DNA from: Gracilinanus agilis
Lineage: Eukaryota
Length of the DNA stretch: 64,000 bases
NCBI RefSeq assembly: GCF_016433145.1
Contig: NC_058135.1
Span: 185,650,785-185,714,784, forward strand
Direction: 5' to 3'
Shown here: one piece after another, positions 12,831 to 26,340 of the stretch
How the letters are laid out: each line of letters opens with the position of its first letter
Numbering within the stretch: position 1 is the first letter of the stretch
Position numbers and translations under genes: made by a program
The notes under the pieces: generated by a model
Told to the model about the DNA's origin: nothing
Seen by the model: the letters and a program-made list of their open reading frames with translations, nothing else
Database searches by the model: none

Positions 12831-14094
12831 ATATGTTAAATAGACCTGTACATATATATTCCTCATATTTAGAATATAGAATTTAAGGACAGAAGAGGAT
12901 ATACATACACATAAAAAAGGATATAGCAACTTGTGATGGCTAGAAATTAAAATATAGAAGAATATAGAAAGACCCCAACAATTATTACAGAAAGATTTGT
13001 TGATTATTCTTTGGTTAGGCATGGGCAATAATAAGTTGATTCTTGATAACTCCCACCCTACTCCATAGAGTTTCCAAACTTTAAGAGGCTATAGACCACT
13101 AAGTTGATTAATTATTCACAATCAAATCAATTCAAAAATATTTTCCATCACTCAACTTTTATAAAATAACATACAAATCTTCCCTTCCAGGCTTTTGGGT
13201 ATTCCATGGAGGAAAGCCAAAATATAACATAATTATAGGGAAGAATCAGAGTTGTCTTAAATCATTACTACTAGTGTACTTTTTGTATCTGCCAAAACTC
13301 ATTTATTATGATAGGGCTGTTCTGACCAAAACCTTGCAATAAAACTGGAGTCCATTGGTGAAGACAATCATGTTTAGATGGGTATGTGTTAAATAAATAC
13401 ACTAAGAAACTTGAAAAAAAAATTAAAAGCATGGAGACTGCTACAATGGGACAGCTCTCTGTGTATTCTGGTTACATTGACTCTGTACCAGTTGAATGCA
13501 ATGGTCTTCATCTCCTGTATAGCATTTTAATCATGCACTGTTATTTATGAATGAGTATAGCAATAGTGTTCTGTCAGGCAGTCATATTTTCCATTACTCC
13601 AGCTCCTCTTGGCCATTTTATGATCATCTGTGAAATCAACTGTGTCTGAGAGAAAGTTGTCGGCAATTGTAAATTTATTTATTGAAAAGTGGAAGCAAGC
13701 CTTTTTTTATGAGAAGAAGGATGAGAACATAAAAGGGATCAATTCAGAGGGAAAAAATACACTAACCAGTAGGATTTTTCCTCCAACAAAAATCAACCCT
13801 CTCTTTCCTCCAATTTTGTGGACTTATAAAAATAAAATCTACAGTTATTCATTCTACCAATAGTGATGCATTTGACAGGGTAACTATAGTCTGCACCCTC
13901 TCTCTATCTTATATAGTGCCAGAAAAGGCACAGTGCATATAAATAAAATCCATAAGATTCAGGATCACTAAAGAATTCTTGAGTTAATGGAATGGTGTAT
14001 AGTTTTTTTTCATTTCTGTTCTCAGATTTATATCCAGTTCTGTGATGCTACATATTTTTAAATGAATAAAGACAAAGATTAAAATTTAACTTTA

Positions 14095-14285
14095 GCTAGT
14101 GGATAGGGTCATAAAGTAATAGCTGGCAGTGACCTTAGAAATCATGTAATACAACCCAAACATTTTACAGACCAGGAAAATAAGGTCCAGAGAGGTGAAG
14201 CTACTTACCCAAGGTCACACAGATGACAAACGGCAGTGCAAGAAGTCAAATTCAAGTCTTCTAAAAGCAAATACAGCACTCAGAT
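14095..14285 (-). mobile_element. MIR
   Basis: gaccttagaaatcat...cattttacagaccaggaaaataaggtccagagaggtgaagctacttacccaaggtcacacag is antisense MIR. Confidence 0.8.
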
Positions 14286-14773
14286 TTAATCAATCATTTA
14301 TTGTAACTACTTTTAAGTTGCCTAATTTCTATGTTTTTTTAAGTTTCAAATCTTAATTAGTATTCATTTATGATAATTACCCATAAGGTTACATTTTCAA
14401 TTCTATTTTAGTGTTAAATGAACCCATACCTAAGCTGAATTCATATATAATCAATCCATCTGCTGATGTATACGAAAGTTTATATTTATAAATGCATTAT
14501 TGTTCATAAAGCACATTACATACATTATTTTACTTGATCTTCATAAAAGCCTGTGGGGTAGATGGTAGAAATAGTATTATGCCTGTTTTATGTTACTTAA
14601 TAGATGGGGAAAACTGATACTCAAGGATTTTGTGACTTCTTCAAGTACCAGGGTTTGGATTCAAGTAAATCCTCCCACTCCAAACCTAGTGTTTTTTTTT
14701 TGTTTTTGTTCTTCCTAGCATTTTGTCTCTTGCACATATCCACTGGCCTATGTCAGTTAAAAAAAATTAATTA

Positions 14774-14957
14774 GAGGGCAGCAAGGTGTCTCAGTAGATT
14801 GAGAGCCAGGCCTAGAGACTCAGGTCCTGCATTCAAATCTGACCTCAGACACCTAATTATTTGACCCTGGGTAAGTTGTGTCGTCCGTATGGATCTTCTG
14901 CCTTTGAACCAATACACAATATTGATTCTGAGATGGAAGGTAAGGGTTTTTTAAAAA
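14774..14957 (+). mobile_element. SINE1_Mdo-type opossum SINE
   Basis: Head gggcagcaaggtgtctcagtagattgagagccaggcc (A box), ttcaaatc (B box), tail aaccaatacacaatattgattctgagatggaaggtaagggtttttt. Confidence 0.9.
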
Positions 14958-15429
14958 TAGTTGGTTGTGCTTTTTTCTTCATTTTTGTGTCTAAATCTGA
15001 AAACTGTGTTTATGAACACTTATAAGATGTTGCATTCTGGTAGCATAGTATCGTAGGTAGGTTTTTCTCACTTTATGGTATAGTAGATATGTCATTCTGG
15101 CTTTTCCTAAGTTCAAATCCTTCCTCTTACACATTGGCTGTATAAAGATAGCCAAGTCACCTAACCTCACAGTATTCTAAGCAAATCTCTAAAAATATAA
15201 GTTGGATAGAAACAAGCTCACCAGTATTCGTAGAAGGCATTTGCATGTCTGTGAATTCTATAGCAATGGAATTAGAGGGTTAGTTCCAATGATTGTCCCT
15301 AAGAATGTGATAGAGTCCTCTTTATTTCTTGTTCAAAAGGCTAAATGATTTTGTAAAATCTCTCAGGATGGAATAAACAGTAGCTTTTAAAGAATTAAAT
15401 CGTTAACCAAAGTTATTGAAATGACAAAC

Positions 15430-15860
15430 AAAAAAAGTGGAAGTATATGAAGTGATGCAAAATGAAATGAACAGAACCACAAGACCATTGTACACAAAGT
15501 AACAGCAATAAATTATGTTGATCAACTATGAATGACAACTCTTATTGGCAATTTAGGAATCTAGAACATCTCTAAGGGATTCATGACAGAAAAGACTATC
15601 CACCTCTTTAGAAAGAACTGACAAAATCTGAATACAGATGAAAGCATGATATTCTTCATTTATTTCCTCCATGAATTTTCTCTACTGTAGGCCATATGTA
15701 TCTTCTTTCACACATATGAGGCAAATGGAAATATGTATCATATGATAACACACATACAACTTATATCATATTACCTTAAGGTGAGGGTTTAGAGGGAGGG
15801 AGAAAAAAATGTATCACAAAATGTTAGGAAAGTATTATTAGAAATTTTGTTGACATCATA
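15430..15860 (+). mobile_element. Old marsupial L1 3' UTR fragment
   Basis: tgaagtgatgcaaaatgaaatgaacagaaccac...gatcaactatgaatgac...; similar to the 3' part of the L1 at 24980-26340. Confidence 0.7.
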
Positions 15861-16799
15861 CTTATAAGAAATAGATGATATTTGAACTCAGATCTTCTGG
15901 CTTTAAGTAAATAAAATATATACTAATACTAATATAAATACTAATTAAAAATCGACGTTATTTTAATGTTTATTGTTGTACTTTAGTAACAGAGTGATTT
16001 TGCTTGAAGTTGTGTATATTTTTCCCCAAGAGTTCTAATATAAAAGCCAATTGAGGTACATGTGCCCCTAGGTTCTCAGAAACATTGCCAGTAGGGATAA
16101 GCTTTGGCAATTGCTAACCTGTAGACTTTTAAATATATGAAGGCTACAGACAGTGGGTCTGACATGAAAGGATAAGCTTGGATTGGTATGAAAAACCTCA
16201 TGAACAGTTAATTAGTATTTGTAGCAAAAGCAAATATAAAATGGCCATTGGTCCTATAGGGTTGCTTTTTTTATTTTATTTTCTGCAAAAGTGATGATAG
16301 TGAAAGAACAATGGAGCTAAGCTTTTAAGAATCACATGATTATAAGACTACTTATGAATATAAAATACCAGTTAAATGAAGAATAAGGTAACCCTTTGGA
16401 AGAAATGAAACAATCCATATTTGCATTCTTGCTATACGTGATACAAGAAGTATAAAAGATTTGAAAGGTGTGTCTTTATTATGTCCCTTTATAAAACAGG
16501 AAACATAAATTCATGGAACACAGTTTGCATAACAGAATGCCTGATAACCACCATGGAGTCAACTATATTATATACATATATGTACATAATACCTATATAA
16601 TATATATTTTGTTGCAGACGATGAGGAAATTTATATTTTAAAATCCCTATACTTAAAGATAGAAGATCTGAGTTCAAATATCAATGATAGAAGATCTGAG
16701 TTCAAATATCATCTATTTCTTTGTGTAACCTTAGGCAAGTTACTTCAACTTTCTTGGCTTCAATTTCCTCATATATAAAATGATCTGATTGGACTAGAG

Positions 16800-17291
16800 A
16801 AGTGATGGCAAACCTATGGCACGGGTGCCGAAGATGGCACACTCTCTGTGGGCACATGGCCACCCTCTTCCCCACCAGCTGGTTACTAGAAAAGCAGGGT
16901 GACTCGGGCAGGAGCTGCTCTCTTCCTCCTCTCCACCACACCTGACAACATTTTTTCACATCACTTTCTCCTCTGCCCAGCAGCCCAGTGGGAGTGCATG
17001 AGGGGTAAAGTGGGCAGCTCACAGGCAGTAGAGTCAATCCCCTCTTCCTCTTTACACTAGCTGAGGACATTTCTCACTTCACCTGACCCTCTGCCCAGCA
17101 ACCCCATGGGAGTTCTTTCTCCCTCCCCTGTGTAGGATAAGGGGAGGGATGAGGCACACCTGGCACTCATTGGGGTTTGGGGGGGCAGGGCACAGCACAT
17201 GGTCTTTGGAAGGGTGGGCACAACACTTGGTGGAGGAGGTGCGGTAGCAGTGGGTCCCGGCACTCCATCTTTAAAAGGTTCACCATCACTG
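16800..17291 (+). mobile_element. Non-autonomous hAT MITE, family A, nested in a MIR
   Basis: TIRs (a)agtgatggcaaacc / ggttcaccatcactg; perfect 8-bp TSD gactagag (16792-16799 and 17292-17299); MIR text continues on both sides (about 16660-16799 and 17292-17345). Confidence 0.93.
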
Positions 17292-17412
17292 GACTAGAGT
17301 ATCCCCAATGTTGCTGATACCACTAAATCCCATGATTCTCTACGTAAAAAAAAATCCTATCTATATAATTTGTTAATACTTTGCAATCTTTGTTAATCTT
17401 TTTTCTTCAACA

Positions 17413-17663
17413 GGGCAGCTTGGTAATATAAAGAACAGCGGACTAGACCTGGAGTCAGGAGGAATCATCATCCTAATTTAAAAAGTGACCTCATACACTT
17501 ACTAGTTGTGGAACTCTAAGCAAGTCATTTAACCTTGTTTTGTCTCATTTTCCTCAATTGTAAAATGGGCTGGAAAAGTAAATTGTAAAACAATCTAATG
17601 TCTTTTATGAGAAAACCCTTAATGGAGTCACAAAGACCCAGATATAATTGAAAACAACTGACA
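17413..17663 (+). mobile_element. MAR1-type CORE-SINE
   Basis: gggcagcttggt...ctggagtcaggagg...aagtcatttaacc...aaaatgggctggaaaag...aatggagtcacaaagac...aaaacaactgacaa. Confidence 0.85.
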
Positions 17664-17910
17664 AAGATACTTTCAACACTCAGTGACTTCAAGAGGAAAG
17701 TGGACATAAGGGATGATTGAAAAATTGTGTTTGAAAATGTCATTTATGATCTAGAAATGAAAAAAGCCAAAGGCTTATAGATTACACAGTCAACAACATG
17801 AATACATTTTTAAGAAGACAGTAAGAAGGTGATAAATGTGGTGAACGTCAAACAGCAACATAAAACAAATGCACTTTTTTAAAAACAGGACTGACTGACT
17901 ATAGACATAC

Positions 17911-17970
17911 GAGGCATTTCAGAATTATCTGTCTGTGTACAATCAGACTGATTAGAATAAAGTCTTGACT
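17911..17970 (-). CDS. Candidate 60-nt phase 1-1 exon (xSRLYSNQSDCTQTDNSEMP)
   Basis: Minus-strand acceptor tcttttatccccctgattttttag, donor CTC|gtatgt; frame-compatible with 2346-2450. No homology recognised. Confidence 0.3.
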
Positions 17971-18194
17971 CTAAAAAATCAGGGGGATAAAAGACATTTC
18001 ATGGGATTAGAGGAGAGAAAAATATACCCTTAAAGGTTTTGTTTGTTTTTTTTATCAGTAAGAAGTCTCATGCATATATTAAAATTTTAGAACATTTTTT
18101 GATAAATGCTACTACAGAGAAATTCTTTTCAATGACCCTTTGATCAGGCAAAGGATAAAACAACTTATTAGAGTTTAATAAACTTTTTTTTTTT

Positions 18195-18990
18195 CTTAAA
18201 TGAATATATGCCAGTTCTGTGCTAGATACCAGGATACCAAGACAAAAATTCTAAATGTACTTCACCACAAAGAATTTATACTCTACTGGGATAATTTACA
18301 TGGTTAGTAATTAAATACAAAACACACAAAAAAATAAGTAATTACTAGTTAAGGGAAGTATTAATAATTGAGAGAATCAAAGAAAGCCCAGATATAGGCT
18401 CTTGTCCTGAGCCTTGAACTGAGCTGATGGTGTTTAAGAGGCAGGAGTTAGAAGGAAGGGAACATTCTAGGTATGAGGAGTCAGAAATAGCTTATACTGT
18501 AATGGATACAACAAGTAGGCTAATTTTTCTAGAAAATAGTTCTTTGGGGAGGGTGATATATATGGAAACATAAATTTTCACAAATTGTGAAATTATATAA
18601 TGTATAATTTTAATGTGTAATTTTAAAGTATTGCCCAATTAGTAAAGCTATAGAAAGACATTCAAATATACTTATATGTTCTTTTAAGCTCATTCCTCTT
18701 TTCAGACGAGAATGCACTCAATCTGTACAAACTTCCCTGCTTTCAAATTGCATTATATAAGGAGGCTATAATTAAAAAGGTGAAAAAAATGGAGAAAGTA
18801 TATAAATTCAAAAAAGTTCAGATTTTATTTTATGGTAGAGGTAATAGTGTCACTGAACTTTTTGACCAGTGGAATGACATGGTGGAACTTGCATTCTAGA
18901 AATATCAATTTAGCAATTATGTGGATGAAAAAAATTCAAGAGGGAGAGGCTAGAGAAAAGAATTTAGTTAATTTGGGATTAAATGATGGT
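18195..18990 (-). mobile_element. L2 fragments (interrupted)
   Basis: L2 3'-end antisense text (gccagttctgtgctagatacc...) at about 18195-18480 and L2 body at about 18790-18990. Confidence 0.55.
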
Positions 18991-19859
18991 GGAGGGGAGT
19001 GTTGCGTGTTTTTTGAGGAGAAAAGAAAAAGCATAAGCATTTGTTTCACACCTACTGGCTATCATTACAAATATCTCTGAACCTCATCATAATCTTGCTA
19101 AGTAGATACTATTATGGTCTGTATTATATTTGAGGAAACTGAGTCTGAGAAAGATTAAGTGATTTGCCTGATGTCAGTATGCTTTTAAGAATCTGAGACA
19201 GGATTCTAAAGCATGTCTTCTAGACTCCATGCATTGTCTATACTGTGTTGCCAGCAGAATAAACAAAGAATGCACATCCACATTGATAGTTTGTTAAGAA
19301 CATAAAGTTACTCTCATGAAAACTAGATAATCAGTGGCTGTCCTAGTTAGTTAGTTTGGATCCTCTGCTAATACCTCTTATAGAATGAGTTCCTGAGAAT
19401 ACCCTCAAGATGATTTGGTTGACTGGGACTTAGAAGAGATCAGATTTTTGTCCAATTAGCCAATCCTCCATAAGCTGACTGATGCATCTCAGCACTTTTC
19501 CCATTGATTTTTTTCATCTTTTCTGTTGTACTCTCCTTATATCATATAATTTAAAAGAAGAAAAGGTCAAGGGTTCAGTACATTCTCATCTGAAAAAAAG
19601 AAGAGAATTTAAAGAGATATTTAAGTATATTTGAATGTCTTTCTTTTAGCTATACTAATTAAACAATACTTAAAAATATATACATTAAAAAGTAGCTCTT
19701 CATGTTTTGCTTAGAAAACTAACAAACTCAGGACTATATAATAGAGGAGTTGAGGGAGAAAACACTTTTTTAATTGTGTAAACAATCACATTTTCCAGTG
19801 ACTCTTGGTGTCCTTTGGTATCTCTATTTTATTTCTCAATTAAACTACTTGAGAAAATC

Positions 19860-20200
19860 TACACTAGGATATCTCCATTTCTCCTGTCACTCTTTGAACT
19901 GAAACTGCCCACTCCAAAAAGTTGCTAATTATCTCTTAATTGTCAAATCTATTGACCTTTTCTCAATCTTCATCTTTTTGACTACTCTAGAATATTGGAC
20001 CTCATTGACCATCATCTCCTCTAGAATCTATTCCTTCTAATATTTGAGACCCTTACAATTTTTCTCTAACTTGTCTGACCATGGCTTCTTAGTTTCCTTT
20101 GCTAGATAATCATCTAAGTCATGCCCACTAGACATGAATATTCTGCAAGAATCTGTCCTGGGCCCTTCTCTCTCCTTTATTTGGCTTCAAAAGTCCTTAA
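19860..20200 (+). mobile_element. L2 fragment
   Basis: Pyrimidine-rich sense L2 (tctttgaactgaaactgccc...ttgtcaaatctattgaccttttctc...ctgtcctgggcccttctctct). Confidence 0.7.
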
Positions 20201-21279
20201 TGACTTTTCCTTTTCCTGGCTTACAGCCTTATAATTTTTTCTCTCTCTCTCCACATCTTCACCCTTCTTCAGGGAAGAATTTAATTCCTGCTAGTGGAGG
20301 GTTAGAATCTGGCCATTCTGCTTCCCTCAGAAAGAGCAAGTACTTGATTGGATTTTTATCTGAATCTCTTTTTTCTTTTTGTTTTCTTTTTGAAGAGGTT
20401 TGGTACTATGAATTTAAGATGTCTCATAGTTTACAGGGTTATTTATCATCAATGAATTGTTTTCCCCTGAATTTTTGTTATTCTTTGTGACAGGGGCTCT
20501 CTCAGCAGAGAAATATTCAAAACAAAATCAGTGTAATCATATACACACAAATGCCTTTCTCTCTCTCTCTTCTGTCTCTTTCTTTCTCTTCTCTCTCTAC
20601 ATACGTATAAATATGTGTTCAAATATTCACACACAATCCATGTATAATTGATATAGATTGCATGTGTATGTTTATATAGATATTGGGTGTTTTCCTTACA
20701 TTTATCTTAATACATTTATTTTTTTCTAACTCTATTCCTTACTTGTTTTTGCTCCATGCTGTTTCTCCATGAGCAGCTTCTCCAGAATCAGCATGAAGCA
20801 AAAGAAAGCAGGGGATAGATTAAGGAATACCCAACATTTTCTTTCATCTCTACCTTTTCCTAACCAGATGTCCTTAAGTAATTGATTACTCTGGGTCTCT
20901 GTTCTTAATTATAAAATGGAGATAATACCAACTTCACTATTTACTTTCATGCATTATTGTAAAGGAAGTATTTTGCAAATTGTAAAGTGCTTTATAAATA
21001 TGAACCAGTATTTTCTAATATTAATAAAATCTGTGAACTGGTTTGTGAGTTCCTTCTCCTAGACAATGTGGAGATACTTAGAAAGTAGAAAATGAAATTC
21101 ATCCTTAAAGAATTAAAATAATAAAGAGAAAGAGAATCATAACTATTCATTACTATCTCTTTCAAAATAAATAAATTTTTTGGAATATTTTAAACGAATG
21201 AATGAAGAATATTTTTCCATGGCTAAAATTTTTATATAAACTTTCTAAGGAAAGCAAATCATGTATTCAATTCAGGAAA

Positions 21280-21480
21280 GACATTGTGGTAGAGCAGAAA
21301 TATTACTGAATCTAAAATCAAAGGATAAAGATAAGATCCTACTTCTCATGCTTACAACCTGTGTGACCTTGGGCAAGTCATTTAATTTCCTTTGGTCTCA
21401 ATTCCTTCATCTGTAAAATGAAGAAGTATAATATATGGCCTCTGAACTCTCTTCAGTCTGTAAAACTATGATAGTTTTGT
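21280..21480 (+). mobile_element. MIR
   Basis: tgtgtgaccttgggcaagtcatttaatttcctttggtctcaattccttcatctgtaaaatg CORE. Confidence 0.85.
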
Positions 21481-22929
21481 TCATTATCAAATATTTATAA
21501 AGCATCTTAATGTCTGCAGAGCTCTCTGTTGAGAATATAGGAGTTTAGATTAGAGGATAGTCTTCAATTTCAGAGAACTTAGAGGTTCTGTATTATTACT
21601 TATAGAGGAATAAAATGAGGATCAAGTGGGTTATTTGAATTGTACCAAGTCACATGCCTAGCAAATAAGTGGATTCCTAAGACCTGTGTTTTTCCCACTA
21701 TAATACAATGCATGAGAAGTACAACTAATTGTTGATATATAAAAGGGACAAAAAAAGCAAAGTGTATATGTATTTATATGTATTTGCCTGCACATATATA
21801 AATTTACATTGTTCTAGACTTGTAATTTCATCAGTGTTGAAATCTCCCAGTAAGAAAACTTCTTTAATTTAAAAAAAAATCCATACACTCTTCAATTTAC
21901 AGTCTTACAGAGTTGCTTGGAGCCATTGAGATATTAAATGACTTGACCAAGATGATATTGTTAGTAGAAGACAGGAAGGGCTTAGAACCAGAATTTCATA
22001 ACTTAGAGAACAACTTTCTATCCAATATGCCAATTATATATAAATATCTCCATATTTTATATTAATCTAATCATATGCATAAAGAAGATGGACAAGAAAT
22101 CCTGTTTAGAAATATAATTTTAAGTACAAAGCAAAATGAGAGGGCTACAAAATGAAACAGATAATTTGAAACATGGAAAAGCTTAAATAATGAAAAGAAA
22201 GTATGGAAAGACTTCAAAGGAAGGAAATTCTAAAAGATATCACTTAAATTAGTATTTCTGTTTCATAAATATAATTTTAAACATGGGTGTGAATGAATTA
22301 ATTTTCTAGTGAGAAAATATGAGTCATATATATTTAAGAATACTGTGATATTAAACTTAAATATATTTAGGGTGCTTCATTTCATTGGTCTACAGGGTTT
22401 CAGAGTTTTAACAAGCATAAAAATATTAATAAGAATATATATTCTTCTTGGAAGTAAGAACACAGCTTGGAAGTTCCCTTTCTTGCTGAGCATTTGTCAG
22501 CCATGTAAATATGCAAAACTGATAGCCCATAAAATAGAATGATTTCTCTAATTCTTTTTTTTATCATTTTTATAAGTAACATCCCTCATAGATTGTTGTT
22601 GCACAAGACATTTTTCAGTTAAAAGCATTCAACCATTATTTTTGTATTGGTTGATTTTTTCTCCATGATGATATTGGCAGGTGATTTTCTAATAGCAAAA
22701 CTGAGCAAAACACATTTTAGTGTATAGAGTATTGGATTTGGATTATGAAAACCTGAGTTCAAATACCACTTTAGATACTTAGTAGCTATGTGATCCTTGT
22801 TAAGTCACTAAATATCTTTGTCATACAATGAGGCAGTTGAATTAAAAAGTTTTCTAAGTTCCCTTCTAGCTCTAATTCCATGATCCTATGACAATAAACT
22901 AAATAGATAATATAATAATAAAATCCTAT

Positions 22930-23240
22930 TGTTGGGAAGCACTCTAGAGGGTATTATGTTCAACTTTTCTTTGATGAATGTATCCTTTCTGCTGCCTTCT
23001 GAGAAAGGGCTCTCTAGCTTTTGTTCAAATACCTCTAGTGACTGTCATTTTGAACAACTTTGAAATGTTAAATTGTAGTTAATTATTTTGGCCAATTTGT
23101 GGCTCCTTAAAATGCCCATCTACTAGATTCAGTTCTTCCCTATAGATAGACACAGAATCAGTCTAATATATAATTAATTAAGCAGATCTTTAGATATATG
23201 ATGGCACCTATTATTGGCCCTCTTTTAGAACTTTGGAAGG
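22930..23240 (-). mobile_element. L3/CR1 3' fragment
   Basis: tctagcttttgttcaaatacctctagtgac...cattttgaacaact...ttcagttcttccc; degenerate, recalled L3 antisense. Confidence 0.5.
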
Positions 23241-24979
23241 AATGTACATAATTGCAAATTACTTAAATCAAACATTCATTAAGTACTTAAGTGCTAAGCA
23301 CTATACTATACTGGGCATACAAATGTAAGGAAAAAGACAATGTTGATGAACTCATTTTTGATGTTTATTTTGATTTGATTAATGAGCTTACATATTAATA
23401 GAAGATATCAAATAAAAGGTGAAGTAAATGCATAGTCAGGAGTTACAGAATGTGTCCTGGATATATAACTTAAATGAATGTTCTAGACATAGCAGGTCAA
23501 ACAGAGGAAGGGGAGAAGGGCACTTTCAAATGAGAAGGTTACTGTGGCATGGTATTGAAGGTCCTATGAATCAGGTGTGAAGCTCCAAGAGAAATGAAAG
23601 CAATGAAATGGTTTGGTCATTTCATTTACCTTCCTCTGGAAATACTGAAGTTTCCTAAAATGTGGTGCTTAGAAGTGCTCATAGCAAATGATGCCATGTG
23701 TAATATGGTTAGTCTAGAAGAGAATGATCTCCTTTGTTCAAGACCATATTATTATATCAACAGAAATGAAGATCGCATAGTTTTTTAGATGTGTAACAAT
23801 GTTGACTTTGAGTGCCAAAGGCATGCAGCAATCAAGTCTTTTCCTAATTTTTATCTACCCCTAGCAGAGATAGGTTTAAGTTCCTCTCGTCATTTAATGG
23901 TTACTCTCAACCTATTTTCTTGCTACATGTTTCACTGGAGGGGTAGTTGGCAAACTTTTGGTTTATTACCTTATTCTCTGATTATCTCACAGCATTCTTT
24001 ATGGAGATATTTTGAAAAGTTTTACCAGCAGCCACAAAATATATATTAATGGGAAATGGCAACAACATGCATAAGATAGCAAGGTTTAATCAATATGAAT
24101 CAGAAATTTTTATTATTCAGAAAATCAGGAATCAAGCCTTTCAGCCTTAGACCCTGGTATTATTTCTCTGGTCAAGTTGCTCAGCATTTTAGTATTCTAA
24201 GAAAGTCTCTACAAATACGTAAGCTGCAGAGGAGATGTCAATGTTTAATGCTATAGGAAGATTCTACATCAGAAGCTACCAATACCATTGAAATCATAGG
24301 TATTTTCAATAAATGTAAAAAAAGCCAAATATTAAAATGAATTCAATAAACATTTATTAAGCACCTACTGTGTGCTAGGCACTGTGATAAGCCCCAAAAA
24401 ATGCAAATAAGAAAAAAGATAGACAGTGCCTGGCATCAAGGAGCTTAAAATCCAATAGGAGAAAACAAGACACTAAAGCTGGAAAGAGGAGATAAAGAAA
24501 GGAAACAGAGAAACTTTGTTGATTTATTGATTTTTGATCAATATACATATATTGTTCAATATCTATCAAAATATATTTTGATCAATATACATTGATCAGA
24601 ACAGAATTAACAATGACATATATATATATATATACATATAGAGAGAGAGAAAGAGAGAGAGAGATAAATACCCATTAATATCTTCTTACCTATTCATTCT
24701 TGTCCTAACTCATTCTTTCATGTCTTATTTTCAGATTTGTCCAATCCACTTGTTTGGCATAGGTGGCATAAAAAGCTCTGGGATTCTAACCAGCATATTT
24801 ACTTTACCAAGGCTACCTCATCATTTACAGAATGTGGTTCTCACAGCAGCACTGTTAGGTTTGGGAACCACAGAATTGTGACAGATTACCATTCTCTTTA
24901 AAACTTTATGTTTTATACATAGTTTGTTTATGTTTATGTATAGTTTATATATAGTATAGTATGTTTATGTATAGCATGG

Positions 24980-26340
24980 GAGAGACTAGTCATGGACCAA
25001 CATCTCACAGAATACACCAAGATAAAGTCAAAATGAATACTTGATCTAAAAATAAAGGGTGACCATAAACATTAGGGAAACATGGAAAAGTTAACCTGTC
25101 GGACTTCTGAAAAAGGAAAGAATTTATGACCAAACAAGACATAGAGACCATTACAAAAAATGAAATAGATGATTTTGATTACATTAAATTAAAAAGGGTT
25201 TGAACAAATAAAACCAATGCAACCTAGATTGCATTAGAAGGGAAATGAAAAAAATTAGGAAACAATTTTATAGTAAGTGACTCTGACAAAAGCCTCATTT
25301 CTCAAATGTATAGGGAAATGAGTCAAAAATTTAAAAATAAAAAAGTATTTCCGAATTGGTAAGTGACATAAGGATGTGTATAAACAATTCTCAGAGGAAG
25401 AAAGTAAAACTACACATAGTCATGTAAAAAATGCTCCAAATAACTATTGATTAGGAAATGCAAATTGAAACAACTTTGAGATACCACCTCCTGCCTACCA
25501 GATTGGCTAACATGACCAAAAAGAAAAATGATAAATGTTGAAGGGGATGTGGAAAAATTCAAACACTAATACACTGTTAGTGGAACTATGAACTGATAAA
25601 ACCATTCTGTAGAGGAATATGGAACTAGGCTGAAAAAGCCAGAAAACTATGTATACCCTTTTGTCCAGCAATACCACTATTGGATCTGTATCCCAAAGAA
25701 ATCAGAAATAAGGGAAAGGGACCTACATGTACCAAAATATTTGTAACAGTTCTTTTTGTAGTGGCAGGAAACTGGAAATTGGTAGGAAGGTATCCATAAT
25801 AAGTTGTATTATATGATTGTAATGTAATACTATTGTGCCATAAGGAATAATTAATAAGATTATTTCAGAAAAACATGGAAAGACTTTTATGAACTGATGC
25901 AAAATGAATTGAGTAGAACAATATGTACAAAACCAGAAATATTGTATGATGATCAACTCTGAAAGACTAAATCATTATCAGCAAAGCAAATCTCCAAGAT
26001 AATCACAAAGGATTCATGATGAAAATGCTATCTACAACCAAAGAAATAACTGTTTGAATATGAGTACAGATCAAAACATACTATATTTCACTATATTTCC
26101 TACACAATATTTCTACTATATATGTGTGGTATGTGTTTTCTGTCATGACATGAGCAATACAGAAATATATATTACATGAAAGTATGATTTTAGCCTATAT
26201 CAGACTATTCACTGCCTCAGAAAAGAGAAAGGAATGGGAGAAAATCTGAATTTTAAAATGTCAAAAAAAGTCAAAAATTGTTTCTACATGTAACTAATAT
26301 ATATATATATATATGCACATATATATGGAAGAAAATATAA
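24980..26340 (+). mobile_element. Marsupial L1 ORF2 C-terminus plus 3' UTR (degraded)
   Basis: gaccaacatctcacagaatacaccaagataaagtcaaaatg...gaaatgcaaattgaaacaactttgagataccacctc...cagcaataccactattggatctgtatcccaaaga; multiple stops and frameshifts. Confidence 0.9.

Noticed and set aside
16702-17263. 122-aa and 68-aa minus-strand ORFs
   Set aside because: They are chance frames across a GC-richer MITE and a MIR.
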